From the NCBI GenBank assembly GCA_012862495.1, contig BLSG01000235.1, positions 144,152-208,151 of the forward strand: a DNA stretch of 64,000 nt, read 5' to 3'. The position numbers and the translations under genes were made by a program. Origin of the DNA: Thraustochytrium aureum. Its lineage: Eukaryota. Shown here piece after piece: positions 47,701 to 59,700 of this stretch. The notes beneath the pieces are model-generated. The model saw only the letters and a list, made by a program, of their open reading frames with translations. It was not told where the DNA came from and made no database searches. Every line of letters starts with the position of its first letter. The stretch's first letter is position 1.

Positions 47701-50700
47701 CGAGGTTTTGCGGGGCAGTCGGGGGGACAGCGCGGGGCTCCACAGTGAACGGGCTGCCGCTGATGGGCTCCGCGCCGTAGTAAAGGGCCGAGCTGGGGAT
47801 GACTTGGCTGGGCTGCGAAGCGGAACGCCACAACAGGCGGCAAACGGCTTCGTCCGTATTCTCGCGGAACTCGAGCTTGACCTTGTGGAGGCGACCTGCA
47901 GAGAGTCTGATGACGGAGTCTGCCACCAGCCTCTGGGTGGTCCCGGAGGGCGTCGTGAGGTCAAAGGCGTCGATCAGGAGCTCGTTGTCAACCCACAGGC
48001 GGGCCGCGTCGTTGACCTCAACCTCAAATGTGTAGTCCTCAGAAAACATTGGCTCAACAAAACCAACCCAGCGAACGCTGATGTAGTCCTTGCCCGTCTC
48101 TGTGATGAAGCTCTCCCACTCAAAATCGACGTTGGCGTCGACGCGGGTAAGCACTGGGGCGTCGAAAAGCCACCGGTTGTTAAAGTACTGGCCGAGGAGG
48201 CCGTGGCCGCTGGCCAGGTTGACGTCCATCAAATACGACCCCACACGGGGAGTGAGGTAGCTCGCTGTGTAGAGCCCATTCTCTCCGCTGTAGACGACGT
48301 CACCGGAAAGCTCGCCTGCGCCGCTGAGTGCTACAACAAAGTCGCTCCCCTCCACCCCAGCCTTCGAGCCGGCTGGGCAGACTTCGCTGACGGTAATCCG
48401 AGCACGCTGCCCAGTGAGAAGGTGGCCTTCTGCAAACAGGGCAGGCTCCGACTCGCCTTCGGGCGTGCCCGTGGACTCGAACGTGATCGTCAGTGTTCGG
48501 CCACCTTGCGCGTCCGGGGAGGACGCCTCAACCGTCACAGAGTAGACCACAGCAAGCTCCTCGAGAGCATTCTTTACAGCCGCTGCTGAAGCATCGAAGG
48601 GGATGTCGCTCGTTCGATCGCCCGCGAACTCCAAAGCAAACGTGCCGCCAACCGCCGTTTCTGCAACGATCGTTGCCGTCTGGATGGCACCGCGCGTGCA
48701 GGACACGACAGTCGCGGATGCGTCCGTGCCACCAAGCTGGGTGCCATCAACGATGAGGGCCGCCAGGTCGCCCTTTTCGGAGAGGAACTCCAGGGTGTAG
48801 AGAAAGCCAAGATCGGTCGAGGTGGCAAGCTGCATCGAGGCGCCGAGTGCTGCAGCGCCCCTCCAGCCCGCCGAGTCAGCCAAGGTGATAGAGGCCGCCA
48901 AAGCAGATTCAACTTGATAGACCTCGTCGTNNNNNNNNNNNNNNNNNNNNNNNNNNNNNNNNNNNNNNNNNNNNNNNNNNNNNNNNNNNNNNNNNNNNNN
49001 NNNNNNNNNNNNNNNNNNNNNNNNNNNNNNNNNNNNNNNNNNNNNNNNNNNNNNNNNNNNNNNNNNNNNNNNNNNNNNNNNNNNNNNNNNNNNNNNNNNN
49101 NNNNNNNNNNNNNNNCGCCGTCGACTCGCACGAACGAGCCAGGAGCCACAGAACCCGTGAGGTCTTCACTGGTAGATACAATGCGCGAGCCTGGGATAAC
49201 ATCAACGGTCCCGGAAGTCGGCGCGAGGGCCTCGTCTATCAGCGAGCGACCCACACGGACGGAGCCTATTGTGTTGAGAGCCTCCAAGGCGCCTTTGACT
49301 TGGGCTGCCGTGGCAGCAGCGGCGAGCTTGCCAGTGACCTCGCCCCGGAACGAGAGCGAGAAGCTACCCGACATGGGCCCGCTCGCTGAAACGCGCAAAC
49401 TTTGGACCTCGTTTTGCGGACCAGACAGGATGCGGTTTCCGAACTTGTCGCGCGGCTCGATGGTGAACTTTGCGGTGCGGTCAAAGAGCCCACTTGAGAG
49501 GCCGCCATAGCACTCTGAATCAAAGATTGGGCAGGGGCTAGGCGACGCTGTATCCACGGCGGTGCTGCGAGAGCCATCGATCTCCGCCGGCGCGACAACA
49601 ATGCCTTCAAACGGGGAAACGCCAGCGGCAATCTCTGAAACGCCAACTTGAACGTCTGCAACGGAGCTCGAAGTCAGGTCGACGTTGGTGATGGTCATCG
49701 CGGGCAAATTGCCGTACGCGAGGGTGCTGACCGTGTTTTCTTGAGCGTCTTCCGCGACGAAGGTGACGTCGTAAGCAAAACCGCTGGATGTCTTGGACCA
49801 TTCGCTTACCTCGACGGCGACGACTGGGCGAAGAGACTCGAGGGCAGACTTGATGGCAGATTCGTCTACCGTGTTTGCGTCGATTGGGGCCGTCGTGTAA
49901 GAGTTGTATGAGAGTGTGAACGTCCCCGTCAATGCGGCCGTTCCGCTCACACTGACGCGCTGAACCTCCTGCACAAGAGGCGAGCGGTGCGTCTTGACAT
50001 GAGCTGCGGTGCCCTTTACAATCTCGCTTGGAAAAGCAGCGGCGCCAACAGGGTAAAGAGTCGAGTCTGTGGCCTTGAGGAGGTCGACATCGCCGACGAA
50101 CGTGGCGAAGGTGATCGAGTAGACAAACCCATGGGACCCAGCGTCAACCACCCGCGAAACTGTGACGCCAGCAAGCTGTTCTTCCGTGATCCTCGCTGCC
50201 GAGGAGGTCATGGAGCCGACCAGGTGAGACTTGATGGCGCCCGCGACGCTGTCGGCCGACGCGTCCCACGCGATCGGGTCGGTTTTCAAGCGCTCGTCAA
50301 ATGAGAGTCGATACGACCCAGCTCGGTGCTCAGCCGAAGGAAAGCCCACGGCAATCGTCTGGACCTCTGCAGACTTGCCCAGCAATACGGTGATAGTGTA
50401 TGATCCCGTCACCGTCGGGGTAAACTCTGCGCGGTACAATCCTGCCCCAACGTACGAGATGATAGCTGGGACGATTTTAGCGTCGCTGACTCCCGGAACG
50501 GCGTCCGGAGTACGCGCTGTGGCTGAGATGGCCGACCGCGCCTGCCCGTCTTCCAAGTCATTTCCAAACGCGTCTTTCAGCTGCACGAAGAACTCCGCAG
50601 GGTTCCCGGCCGTAGCTGAGACGAGGCCACGGCCGAAAGCCAGGCTCATAGGCGCATCAGCAGGGCCGGACTCGACCACGNNNNNNNNNNNNNNNNNNNN

Positions 50701-53700
50701 NNNNNNNNNNNNNNNNNNNNNNNNNNNNNNNNNNNNNNNNNNNNNNNNNNNNNNNNNNNNNNNNNNNNNNNNNNNNNNNNNNNNNNNNNNNNNNNNNNNN
50801 NNNNNNNNNNNNNNNNNNNNNNNNNNNNNNNNNNNNNNNNNNNNNNNNNNNNNNNNNNNNNNNNNNNNNNNNNNNNNNNNNNNNNNNNNNNNNNNNNNNN
50901 NNNNNNNNNNNNNNNNNNNNNNNNNNNNNNNNNNNNNNNNNNNNNNNNNNNNNNNNNNNNNNNNNNNNNNNNNNNNNNNNNNNNNNNNNNNNNNNNNNNN
51001 NNNNNNNNNNNNNNNNNNNNNNNNNNNNNNNNNNNNNNNNNNNNNNNNNNNNNNNNNNNNNNNNNNNNNNNNNNNNNNNNNNNNNNNNNNNNNNNNNNNN
51101 NNNNNNNNNNNNNNNNNNNNNNNNNNNNNNNNNNNNNNNNNNNNNNNNNNNNNNNNNNNNNNNNNNNNNNNNNNNNNNNNNNNNNNNNNNNNNNNNNNNN
51201 NNNNNNNNNNNNNNNNNNNNNNNNNNNNNNNNNNNNNNNNNNNNNNNNNNNNNNNNNNNNNNNNNNNNNNNNNNNNNNNNNNNNNNNNNNNNNNNNNNNN
51301 NNNNNNNNNNNNNNNNNNNNNNNNNNNNNNNNNNNNTGCTCGAGTCGGTGCCACTTGCTGGTGGTACTCGAGGACGATCGGGACAGGTGTGCCTGCTTCT
51401 AGCGCGACCCGAGCTTCGTGCTGCCCATTCACCCGCCAGCGACAGGCGCTTCCCACGCGTCGATGACAACACCATCGCCCACCGAGAGGCGGACACCTGC
51501 GTCCGCGCGCACAGCGAGCCGGAACTCGCCCCCCTCGGGGGGGTACCGAGGAACCCGGTCCACCGCGCAGAAAAGAAGTCGGCTGGGAATCCAGCCAGCG
51601 GCCCTGTCGCACCCCAGGTGAAGTCCACTGTGGCATCAAGCCGCGTCGAGTCGCAAGCGACAACGTGCGCTGGGCAGTGAATCGAGGTCGACGGGTGCGA
51701 TGTGGCCTCCTCGGAGGAGACTTGATCTGCAAGCACCGGATCTGTGAGGTCGTCGCCGCGGAAAAAGGTAGCGAGAAGGCCTCCAAGGGCGCGCTGCTGC
51801 ACATTGAGCACGTACCGGCCCGAGATTACAGGAGTGTATGAAACCAAAAACTGCCCGTCGGTGTTGGGCGAGGCGCCCGTCACGTTCGCCGAAATCGTCG
51901 CGGAAGTCGACCGCGGCAAGCGCGACCTGGGGTCGGCAAGACCTTCGAGAGTTACGATGAACTCGTGATGCGGGGCAAGGCCTCCGTCGAGCTCGTTCCC
52001 AAAGCGGTCGATGGCTTGGATCCGGAAGGACTCTACCACACCTTCAACAGCGACTTGTCGTGCGTCGTGCGTGGAGTGCGGCGGACTCGACTCGGCAGCG
52101 GAGACTGTGACTGGCGAAGAAAGGTCTGTCTGAATGCTCTGGCCGCCCACTTGCACGGAGATGTCGTAGTCACCTTTGAGGCTTGGCTGGTAGGTCACTT
52201 CGTAGATGCCAGCGCCCAGCGAACGCTTCGCGATAGCAGCGCGCGAGGACTGCGTCACGGTCACGGATGCGGAGCCGCCTGTAAGGGGTAGTTCCGGGAC
52301 GAGAACAACTTCAAACAGATTCGCAGTCGTGGGCGTGGCAAGCCCTGCAGCGTTGATGGAGAGCGTGATCTCGCAGGTCTGAGCAGCGTCACACACGTTT
52401 GCACAGCCTCCCTGGAATGCTACATTCACAGCGTGCAAATAAGGAGCGGCTGCGAGGGGGGCGAGAGCGCTTTCCAAATCTGCCTGCGAGGCGCTTGCAG
52501 GAATGCTTGCCGTGCTGTAGCCCAGATACTTGAGCTTGAAGGAGCCACTCGATGCGCTGCAAACCAGAATCTGCTTCTCGGCCGACTCAGAGAGGTCGTG
52601 GCTCACAACGCGATGCGAGAGCGACACCGCAATCGAGGACGAGTCGTCGGCGTCCTGCCGAACATTGCCCCTGATTCCGGATACCGTTCGCACAACCGCC
52701 ACCCGAGGGGGCAACTGGCCGTTGGCCGGATAAGTGAGCGCTGAGGCGTCAGCCTCGAAAAGCGGCTGCGGTCCAGTGTTGCTGGGCTCGCTACCACCTT
52801 GATCAAATCGCACGGTCCACATGAAGCCAAGCGGAAGTTCGGCCGCTCCCGACGGGTCGACGCCAATCGGGTCTCGCGATACAGTCACGGCGCCGATGGT
52901 CGAGATCGCCTCCAACGCTGACTTTACCTCTGCGGCGGTCGCGAATGCAGAGATGGCCGCAGTCCTCTCACCCTTGAACGATACCGTGAAGGTTCCTGAA
53001 GCTGGAGCGACGCCAGCCATGTGCTCCGTCACCGAAACAGATCCACTGGAAGGAGAAATGGTCTCGTGCACCTCAATGGTGCCGGAGAGATCGCCCACCA
53101 GGGGGGCGCTAAAGCGGACGATGACGTCGGCGGGTTAGATGCGTCGCACAGGTCTGTTGAAGCAGGGTCGGCGCCCCCGTCGATCGTCACCGAGACGGTG
53201 ATTGAGCTGTCGATGGCGTTGATTGCCGTCTCGAGATCGCTTGCCGTCGCGGTTGCAAGATCGAGGGCTTGGGTGGTTCCATCCAGTGGATAGGGGAGGC
53301 GAAACTCAGCTTGCCCGTCCACCGCAGTGCAGGACACAAGGTGCTCCTCGAGCACCAAAGACACAGGCTCAGCATCGACAAAGATGACCTGCTCCTCAAA
53401 GCGAGGCGCGTCACGCAGTTCGACCTTGAATTTGAACGAGTCACCAGCTGTCCCTGCGACAAGGCCCTGGCCCTCAGCAGTGCTGTCCCGCGCATCGACG
53501 GTCCCCACAGCAACCGTGAGCGCGAACGGGCTGCCCTCGATGTTGAGCCCAGAGGCGCCACCTCGCACGAAAAGGTCAAAGGTGCCAGCAGTCCAGGCCG
53601 TGAACACAATCGGGTACGCGCCTGCTGCCGCAAGCGGTGCGAGAGTGGCATCTGCGCCTGTCCCAGTCAGCCGAGTCGTGTCCACAGTCAGCGCGGACGG

Positions 53701-56700
53701 ATCCCAGTTGTGCAAGTGCGAGGTGAACGTAATTGACCAGGTGTGGCCGGTCGCAGCTGATTGCCTTGTGACGAGCACCTTGCGGCGAGTGCCCGCGACC
53801 TCGACGGCGACATCTTGCTCATACGAGTAGTCGGTATGGAGCTCTTCAAGCACTGCCTGCAGGGCCGAGGCAGAAATGTCTGCAGGGAGAGCCGCGGTTG
53901 AGCGGCCGTCCCACGTCAGGACGAGCAGACCCCCCACTGAGCCGCTCGAGCAGGACGTTACCATTTGAATTACAGCGGAGGAGGCGACAACTGTTTCGAC
54001 GTCCTCGGCGTCCCCCGCGCGGCGTAGCGAAACGACAAATGCGTCCGCTTGGCCGTTCAGGTCAACGTGCGCTCCGTTGCCGATCCGCGGATTCCCGAAC
54101 GCGTCGCGGGCATACACGGTCAGCTCTGCGAGACTGCCAGATGTTGTCGCTGTGAGGCCTGGGCCAGACGCCACGCTAGTCGGGGCGTGGAGCTCGGCGT
54201 GAACGCAGTTGACGGTGGACGAGGCGCTCCCCCCGTTCTGCAGGATCGGCTGCTGCCGGAACGTCGCAGAGACGGAGTAGGCCCCGACGCGCAAAAGCGT
54301 GTAGGTAACCGAGTACCTACCGTCGCCCTTGTCGTGCACGTTTGCAACGATCTCATGGCCGGCAACGGCGCCAGTCCCAACAAGTGCGACCTTGATGTCT
54401 GCCGCCTCGCCTCCGACCTGCCTGGGGTTCCCGAATGCGTCCTTTGCCTGGATCTCAAACGAGGACACGACGCCGGCGGTAGCCGTGCTGAGGCCCTGGC
54501 CGCTCGCGTCGGTTGTTTCGTGGGACGTCGGGCCTGGGCTGACTGACACGAGAAAGGGGGAGCACTTGCTGCTTGCTCCAAGTCCGCAGTAGATGTCGCT
54601 GCCGCCCTTGGTGCGAACGTGCACTTCGTAAGCCCCGCTGGCCATCGCCGTGTAAGAGCCGGCGTACCTGCCGGCGCCTTGGTAAGCCAGCGAAACGGTG
54701 AGCGACTCGGGCCCGGTCAGGAAAACCTCAAATGCGTCCGAACCGGACTCGTCCTCCGAGACGCGGTCGTTCCCAAGCGCATCCCTGCTTTGAATCTCGA
54801 TGTGGGCCTCAATGCCAGCTTGAACGCCCTCGGGCGAGACCCCGGTTCCCCACGCAGTCGAGTGAGGATAGTCAGCTGACCCGGGCGAGACAGTGACGGG
54901 GNNNNNNNNNNNNNNNNNNNNNNNNNNNNNNNNNNNNNNNNNNNNNNNNNNNNNNNNNNNNNNNNNNNNNNNNNNNNNNNNNNNNNNNNNNNNNNNNNNN
55001 NNNNNNNNNNNNNNNNNNNNNNNNNNNNNNNNNNNNNNNNNNNNNNNNNNNNNNNNNNNNNNNNNNNNNNNNNNNNNNNNNNNNNNNNNNNNNNNNNNNN
55101 NNNNNNNNNNNGAGCTGCTTGGCCAGAGAGCTCTCGAAACTCAAGCTTGATGTCGTGAAACGCCCCGGCGCGCAGCGCGACGTCCGCAGCGCGATACTCA
55201 ACCGGAGACCCGTCGGCTGCGTCGTTGGCCTCGGCGTCCGCCCAAGCGTCGATGACGAGGACGTGGTCGATCCAGAGCCGAGCACCATCCAATACTGTCA
55301 AGAAAAATGTGAAGTTCTCCGTGCTTGGCCCGCGGAGCTTGCCCTGCCAGCGCGCCGAAACAAAGTCACGCCCGAAGGGAGTGATGGCACCGTCTGCCCA
55401 CGAAAAGTCGATGAGCGGGTCCACGCGCGAGAGACTCGGCGAGCCAGCGAGCCACTGGTTGTCAAAGTAGTCGCCGAGCAGGCCGCCTTTGGACAACTGC
55501 CGCACCGCGAGCGAATATGACCCGACCGCAGCAGGCGTGTAGGTCCCAAGGTAAGAAGGCAGGCCAGCAACGATCTCCTCAACCGCGAGCTCTGGGATTT
55601 CGCCAGTGAGCGCTTGAGCGCTGCCGTCCTGAACCTCGACAACCGTCGCAGCCGCTTGAGAGCCCTCCAGGCCGGAGGCATCCACAACAATTGGCTCGAG
55701 GTCGCCGATCGTGTTGCGGAAGGTGACCCGCCACTCGAACCGGCCAAAGCCGGCACCAGAGAGCGGACCCTCGCGGCTAACCGAGACGAGGCCGACAACC
55801 GTCGGGAGGGCCTCAAGCGCGGCCTTGACCTGCGCAGCGGAGCTGTCATGGGCAAGTGCCGGCGTCTCCTCCCCTCGAAAGCTCAAGGTGAACGTGCCGG
55901 AGAGCGGGGTGGGAGCACCACCTGTGGTTTCGATCGCCTGGATCTCGTGGCGAACGGGGTGGGCAGTTAGCATGCCAAGGTTACCCAGATTTCGCAGAAA
56001 GGTGATTGTCCAGCGAAAGCCGGCGACGAGCTCCTCACGATGAACGCTCACCGAGTTCACGGTTGAGAGAGACTCGAGGAGGACCTGCATTTCCTTGGCG
56101 CTCGCGTCATAGTCGATGCTGTCGGTGTATTCGCCCTCGAACTCAATCACGAAGGACCCAGCTAGCGGGGCCACGCCCTTGGCGATCTCTTCGACTTCGG
56201 TGCAGCCGGTGCAGCTCAGGGACGATTCGTCTTCGACAACAAGGGGGGGGACGTCGCCAACGGGGTCGACGAACGTGACCACCCACGACCCTGCAGATCC
56301 GGAGACCGATACAGACACAATTGTCGCCAGACTCTCAAGGTTCGCTTTGACGGTGTTTGCGTCTGCGTCATGGGCGATAGCGACTGGGTCGGAGCCGCCA
56401 AAGGAGAGCAAAAAGTTCCCCGTGCCCCGGTGGGAATGTTGATCGTCTGCTCCTCGGCCGAGAAGGGCGCTGCAGCGGAAACAGTGACGGTTTGCACCTC
56501 GGCAACACCACTCTGGAGTTTGGTGACGTAGACGCCAGCACCAGTTCCGACGAGGGTGTGGACTGTTGCACCGGCCGTGGTGAGAGGCGGCAGGTCGCCA
56601 AAGTCTCCCTTAAACGTAACGTCCCATTGCATCTTGCCGTTGCCGAGAGGCGTCCGCTCGACGTCGACGGCCTCGACGTTCGACAACGCCTCAAGAGCGT

Positions 56701-59700
56701 CCTTCACCTCGACAGCAGACGCGTCGTACGCAATTGCCACAGTTTCCTGAGAAGACCCGCTCTGTGCCGCGTAGCTCGAGGTGTCAAAGAGGAGCGAGAA
56801 AGATCCTCCAGTAATGTCCCCAGAGCTCGTGTCGGTGAAAACCCTCTGCACATCGTAGCGCGCCGGAACATACGTGGCAACCCCACCGTCGACGGCCCAC
56901 TCGTGAGTGCCGTCCACAATGCTCGCGTCTGTCGTCCAGAGCTCGCTAAAGAAGAGATCTCCACCCTCAAACCCGGGGAGAGCGCTGACGTCGCGGACAG
57001 GCGCGCCAGACTGTTTCTTGGGCTCGATCGTGAATTGGTTTGCAAAGCCTTTGACGTGCTCGGAAACATGAACAGTGACGGTGAGCGCGTCGACGGGCAC
57101 GACTTGCAGGAGATCCACGTCGCCACGCAGACCCGTGAAGGTCACGGTGAAGACGAAGCCATTGCGCGAGCCGCCGTCATTTACAGCAGTTTTGGTCACG
57201 TGCACGCCTCCAATTACGTTGCCCGATGCGTCTTTCTTGCCTGAGAGAGCCTCGGCGAACGCGGCGGCGCTCACGCTGACGGGGTCAATGACATCAGACA
57301 GCTCTGCGCTGGCGCCACCGACGCGCAGCTGGAAACTGTTTGCAGCCCAGGAGGAAGTTGCAGTTGGGCTCAGAACCTCCACAAGCTGCTCCTCGAACAC
57401 GACACCAGCCGTTCCTTTGGATAGCGCTGAGCCAGACGCAGTTGTGGCATGCGCGGCGGCGCCAGCGCGCGCTACAACGGTCGGAGTGGCCAAGGAGGCA
57501 AGCCCCTCGCCCACGGCACTCAGCGCGGTGACCTTAAAGGCGTAGGTATTGTCGGCGACGAGACCGCGTGAGGTGAACTCTTTCAGCGAAGGCTGGTCGA
57601 ATCCGTCGTACACCAGCTTAGCCGGTGTCCCTGGCTGGGTCTCCGCAACAGCGACCCGCGCGTTGTTGTTATCGTTCGCGCCCGGCACGTAGTCGTGGCG
57701 GACGCCGTACAGCCGCCCCCACGTAGCGCGCATGAGCGGCAGGTCGCCAACATTGGTGTGAAAGGTCACGTCCCAGCGCTGTCCAGGCCGCGCTCCAGCA
57801 ACCGCCACTCGCGAGACGCTGACGGAGCCGATCGTGGGCAGCGACTCGAGAGCGCGCTGCATCTCGAAGGCAGAGCAGTCCACAGGGAGCGGGCGCGTCT
57901 CCGCGCCAAGAAATTGGATCGTGAAGTCGCCGGCAATCGGCGCGATTCCTTTCTCGACCTCCGACACCCCTGCATTGGGCGAAGTCCCGGTGAGACTAGC
58001 AATGTCAACGACGAGTTCTTCGACATCGCCCGCGACTGCGTTGAAGGTGATCGTCCACGAGAACGACGTGCCGCCCCCCGAACGCGTCACGCTGACCCCG
58101 GAGCCCGCGTCTGCGGCCATCGTAGTACTAGCGAGGCTCTCGAGGGCGGCTTTGACGACGGCATCCGCAGCATCAAACGCAATCGGCGCGGTCTGCTCCC
58201 CCTCAATCGCGAGCCTGAACGAGCCGCCACTCGCGCCAGTGATAGAAACGAGCTGGACTTCCGCGACGGGGCTATCAGCTGTGAGCGAGATCGACTGGAC
58301 CTCCTCTTTGACCGGCTCAGGTACCGAGACGGTGTTGGGCGGGACCGCGTCGAAGCGATACACGCGGTACCCGGTTGCAGGAGACCCNNNNNNNNNNNNN
58401 NNNNNNNNNNNNNNNNNNNNNNNNNNNNNNNNNNNNNNNNNNNNNNNNNNNNNNNNNNNNNNNNNNNNNNNNNNNNNNNNNNNNNNNNNNNNNNNNNNNN
58501 NNNNNNNNNNNNNNNNNNNNNNNNNNNTGGAGCGCCTGGATTTGAGGCCGTGAGAACGCCAAACATGGGCGAGCGCTGTGAGAGCCCAACGCTGTTGAGG
58601 GCCCGGACGTAAAACCGATAGGGACGACCTTCGTTGAGACCTGCAGCTGTGTGCGAGAGCGAACCAGCAACGGCACGGCGAACATTGACAACTGGGTGAA
58701 CCGCCGCGTCGGTGCAGACTAGGCCGGCGGCGTCGGCCGTGAAGAGCGGCACAAGATCGAGCCCTCGCGGTACGAGGCCGTTTGCAAAGACGATTGTCCA
58801 GCGACGGCCCTCGGAAGTCGGACGGGTCTCGACTTGAAATGTCACGGGACCACCTTCAGCGGCGGCGAAGGCACTGTCTAAAGCCGCCTTCATCTCGTCG
58901 TCGGACGCATCGAAGTCAATCGGGCCGGAAACGAGCTTGGCAGCCTCAATGCCGTTCGGCCCACTCGAGAAGGCGAGGTCGCCGTCAAGAAACTCCAGAG
59001 TAAATGTGCCGCTTGCCACAGAGTCTCCCGCGCAGCCGACCTCGACAACCTGCACAGCGGGGTCGCCCGAGCCAGAGTGCGTCTTTTCAACGAGCGCAGC
59101 GCCACTAGATAGCGCCCCAAGCTCCAACGCGAGCAGGTCCAGCTCGCCGTGCAGAGTGAGGAACGTAACGTCGTATGTAAAGACGCCCGAGCCAACGTCT
59201 GTGCTTGAGACCTTGACAGTGCCGAGGGACGGGATGGCCTCCAGCGCCGTGGCGAGCGTTTCTGCGGTGGGCAGCGAGTTGCTAGAATCGACAGCAAAGG
59301 TGGGTGAGGCAGTCCCTTGGTAGCTGATGGCCAGGTCGCCCACGGCGTTATTGAGGGTAATTCTTTGCACATCGAGCTGCCCAAACGGCCCCGAAGCAAA
59401 CGTGTCGGTGCCGTCGCCTCCGTCGCGGTAGATTTCGTATCCCACAATGCGGCTCCCGCCGTTATCTCGGGGAGCGTGCCAAAACACCGCTGCCTGCGCG
59501 TCGCCAGCAGCTGCCGTGCCGGTGTGCGTGTTGGATGAGTCCTTGACGGGTTGCCCTGGTGCGGCAGGCACTGACGGCGACGCACGAGCAACAAAGGTGG
59601 ACTCCTCCGAGAACGCCCCGAAGCCGACCGCGTTGATGGCGCGAACCTTGAACTTGTACTTGCGACCTGGTACAAGCGCCCGCTTGCTTGCAGTGTCGAA

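Noticed and set aside
18740..49220. Prophage or viral insertion suggested by phage-tail-like modules
   Set aside because: The modules are embedded in frame in a eukaryotic secreted protein. No capsid, terminase, integrase or boundary repeats are visible.
10655..56430. Programmed -1 ribosomal frameshifting
   Set aside because: The sites share no slippery heptamer or common downstream structure, and homopolymer sequencing error is simpler.
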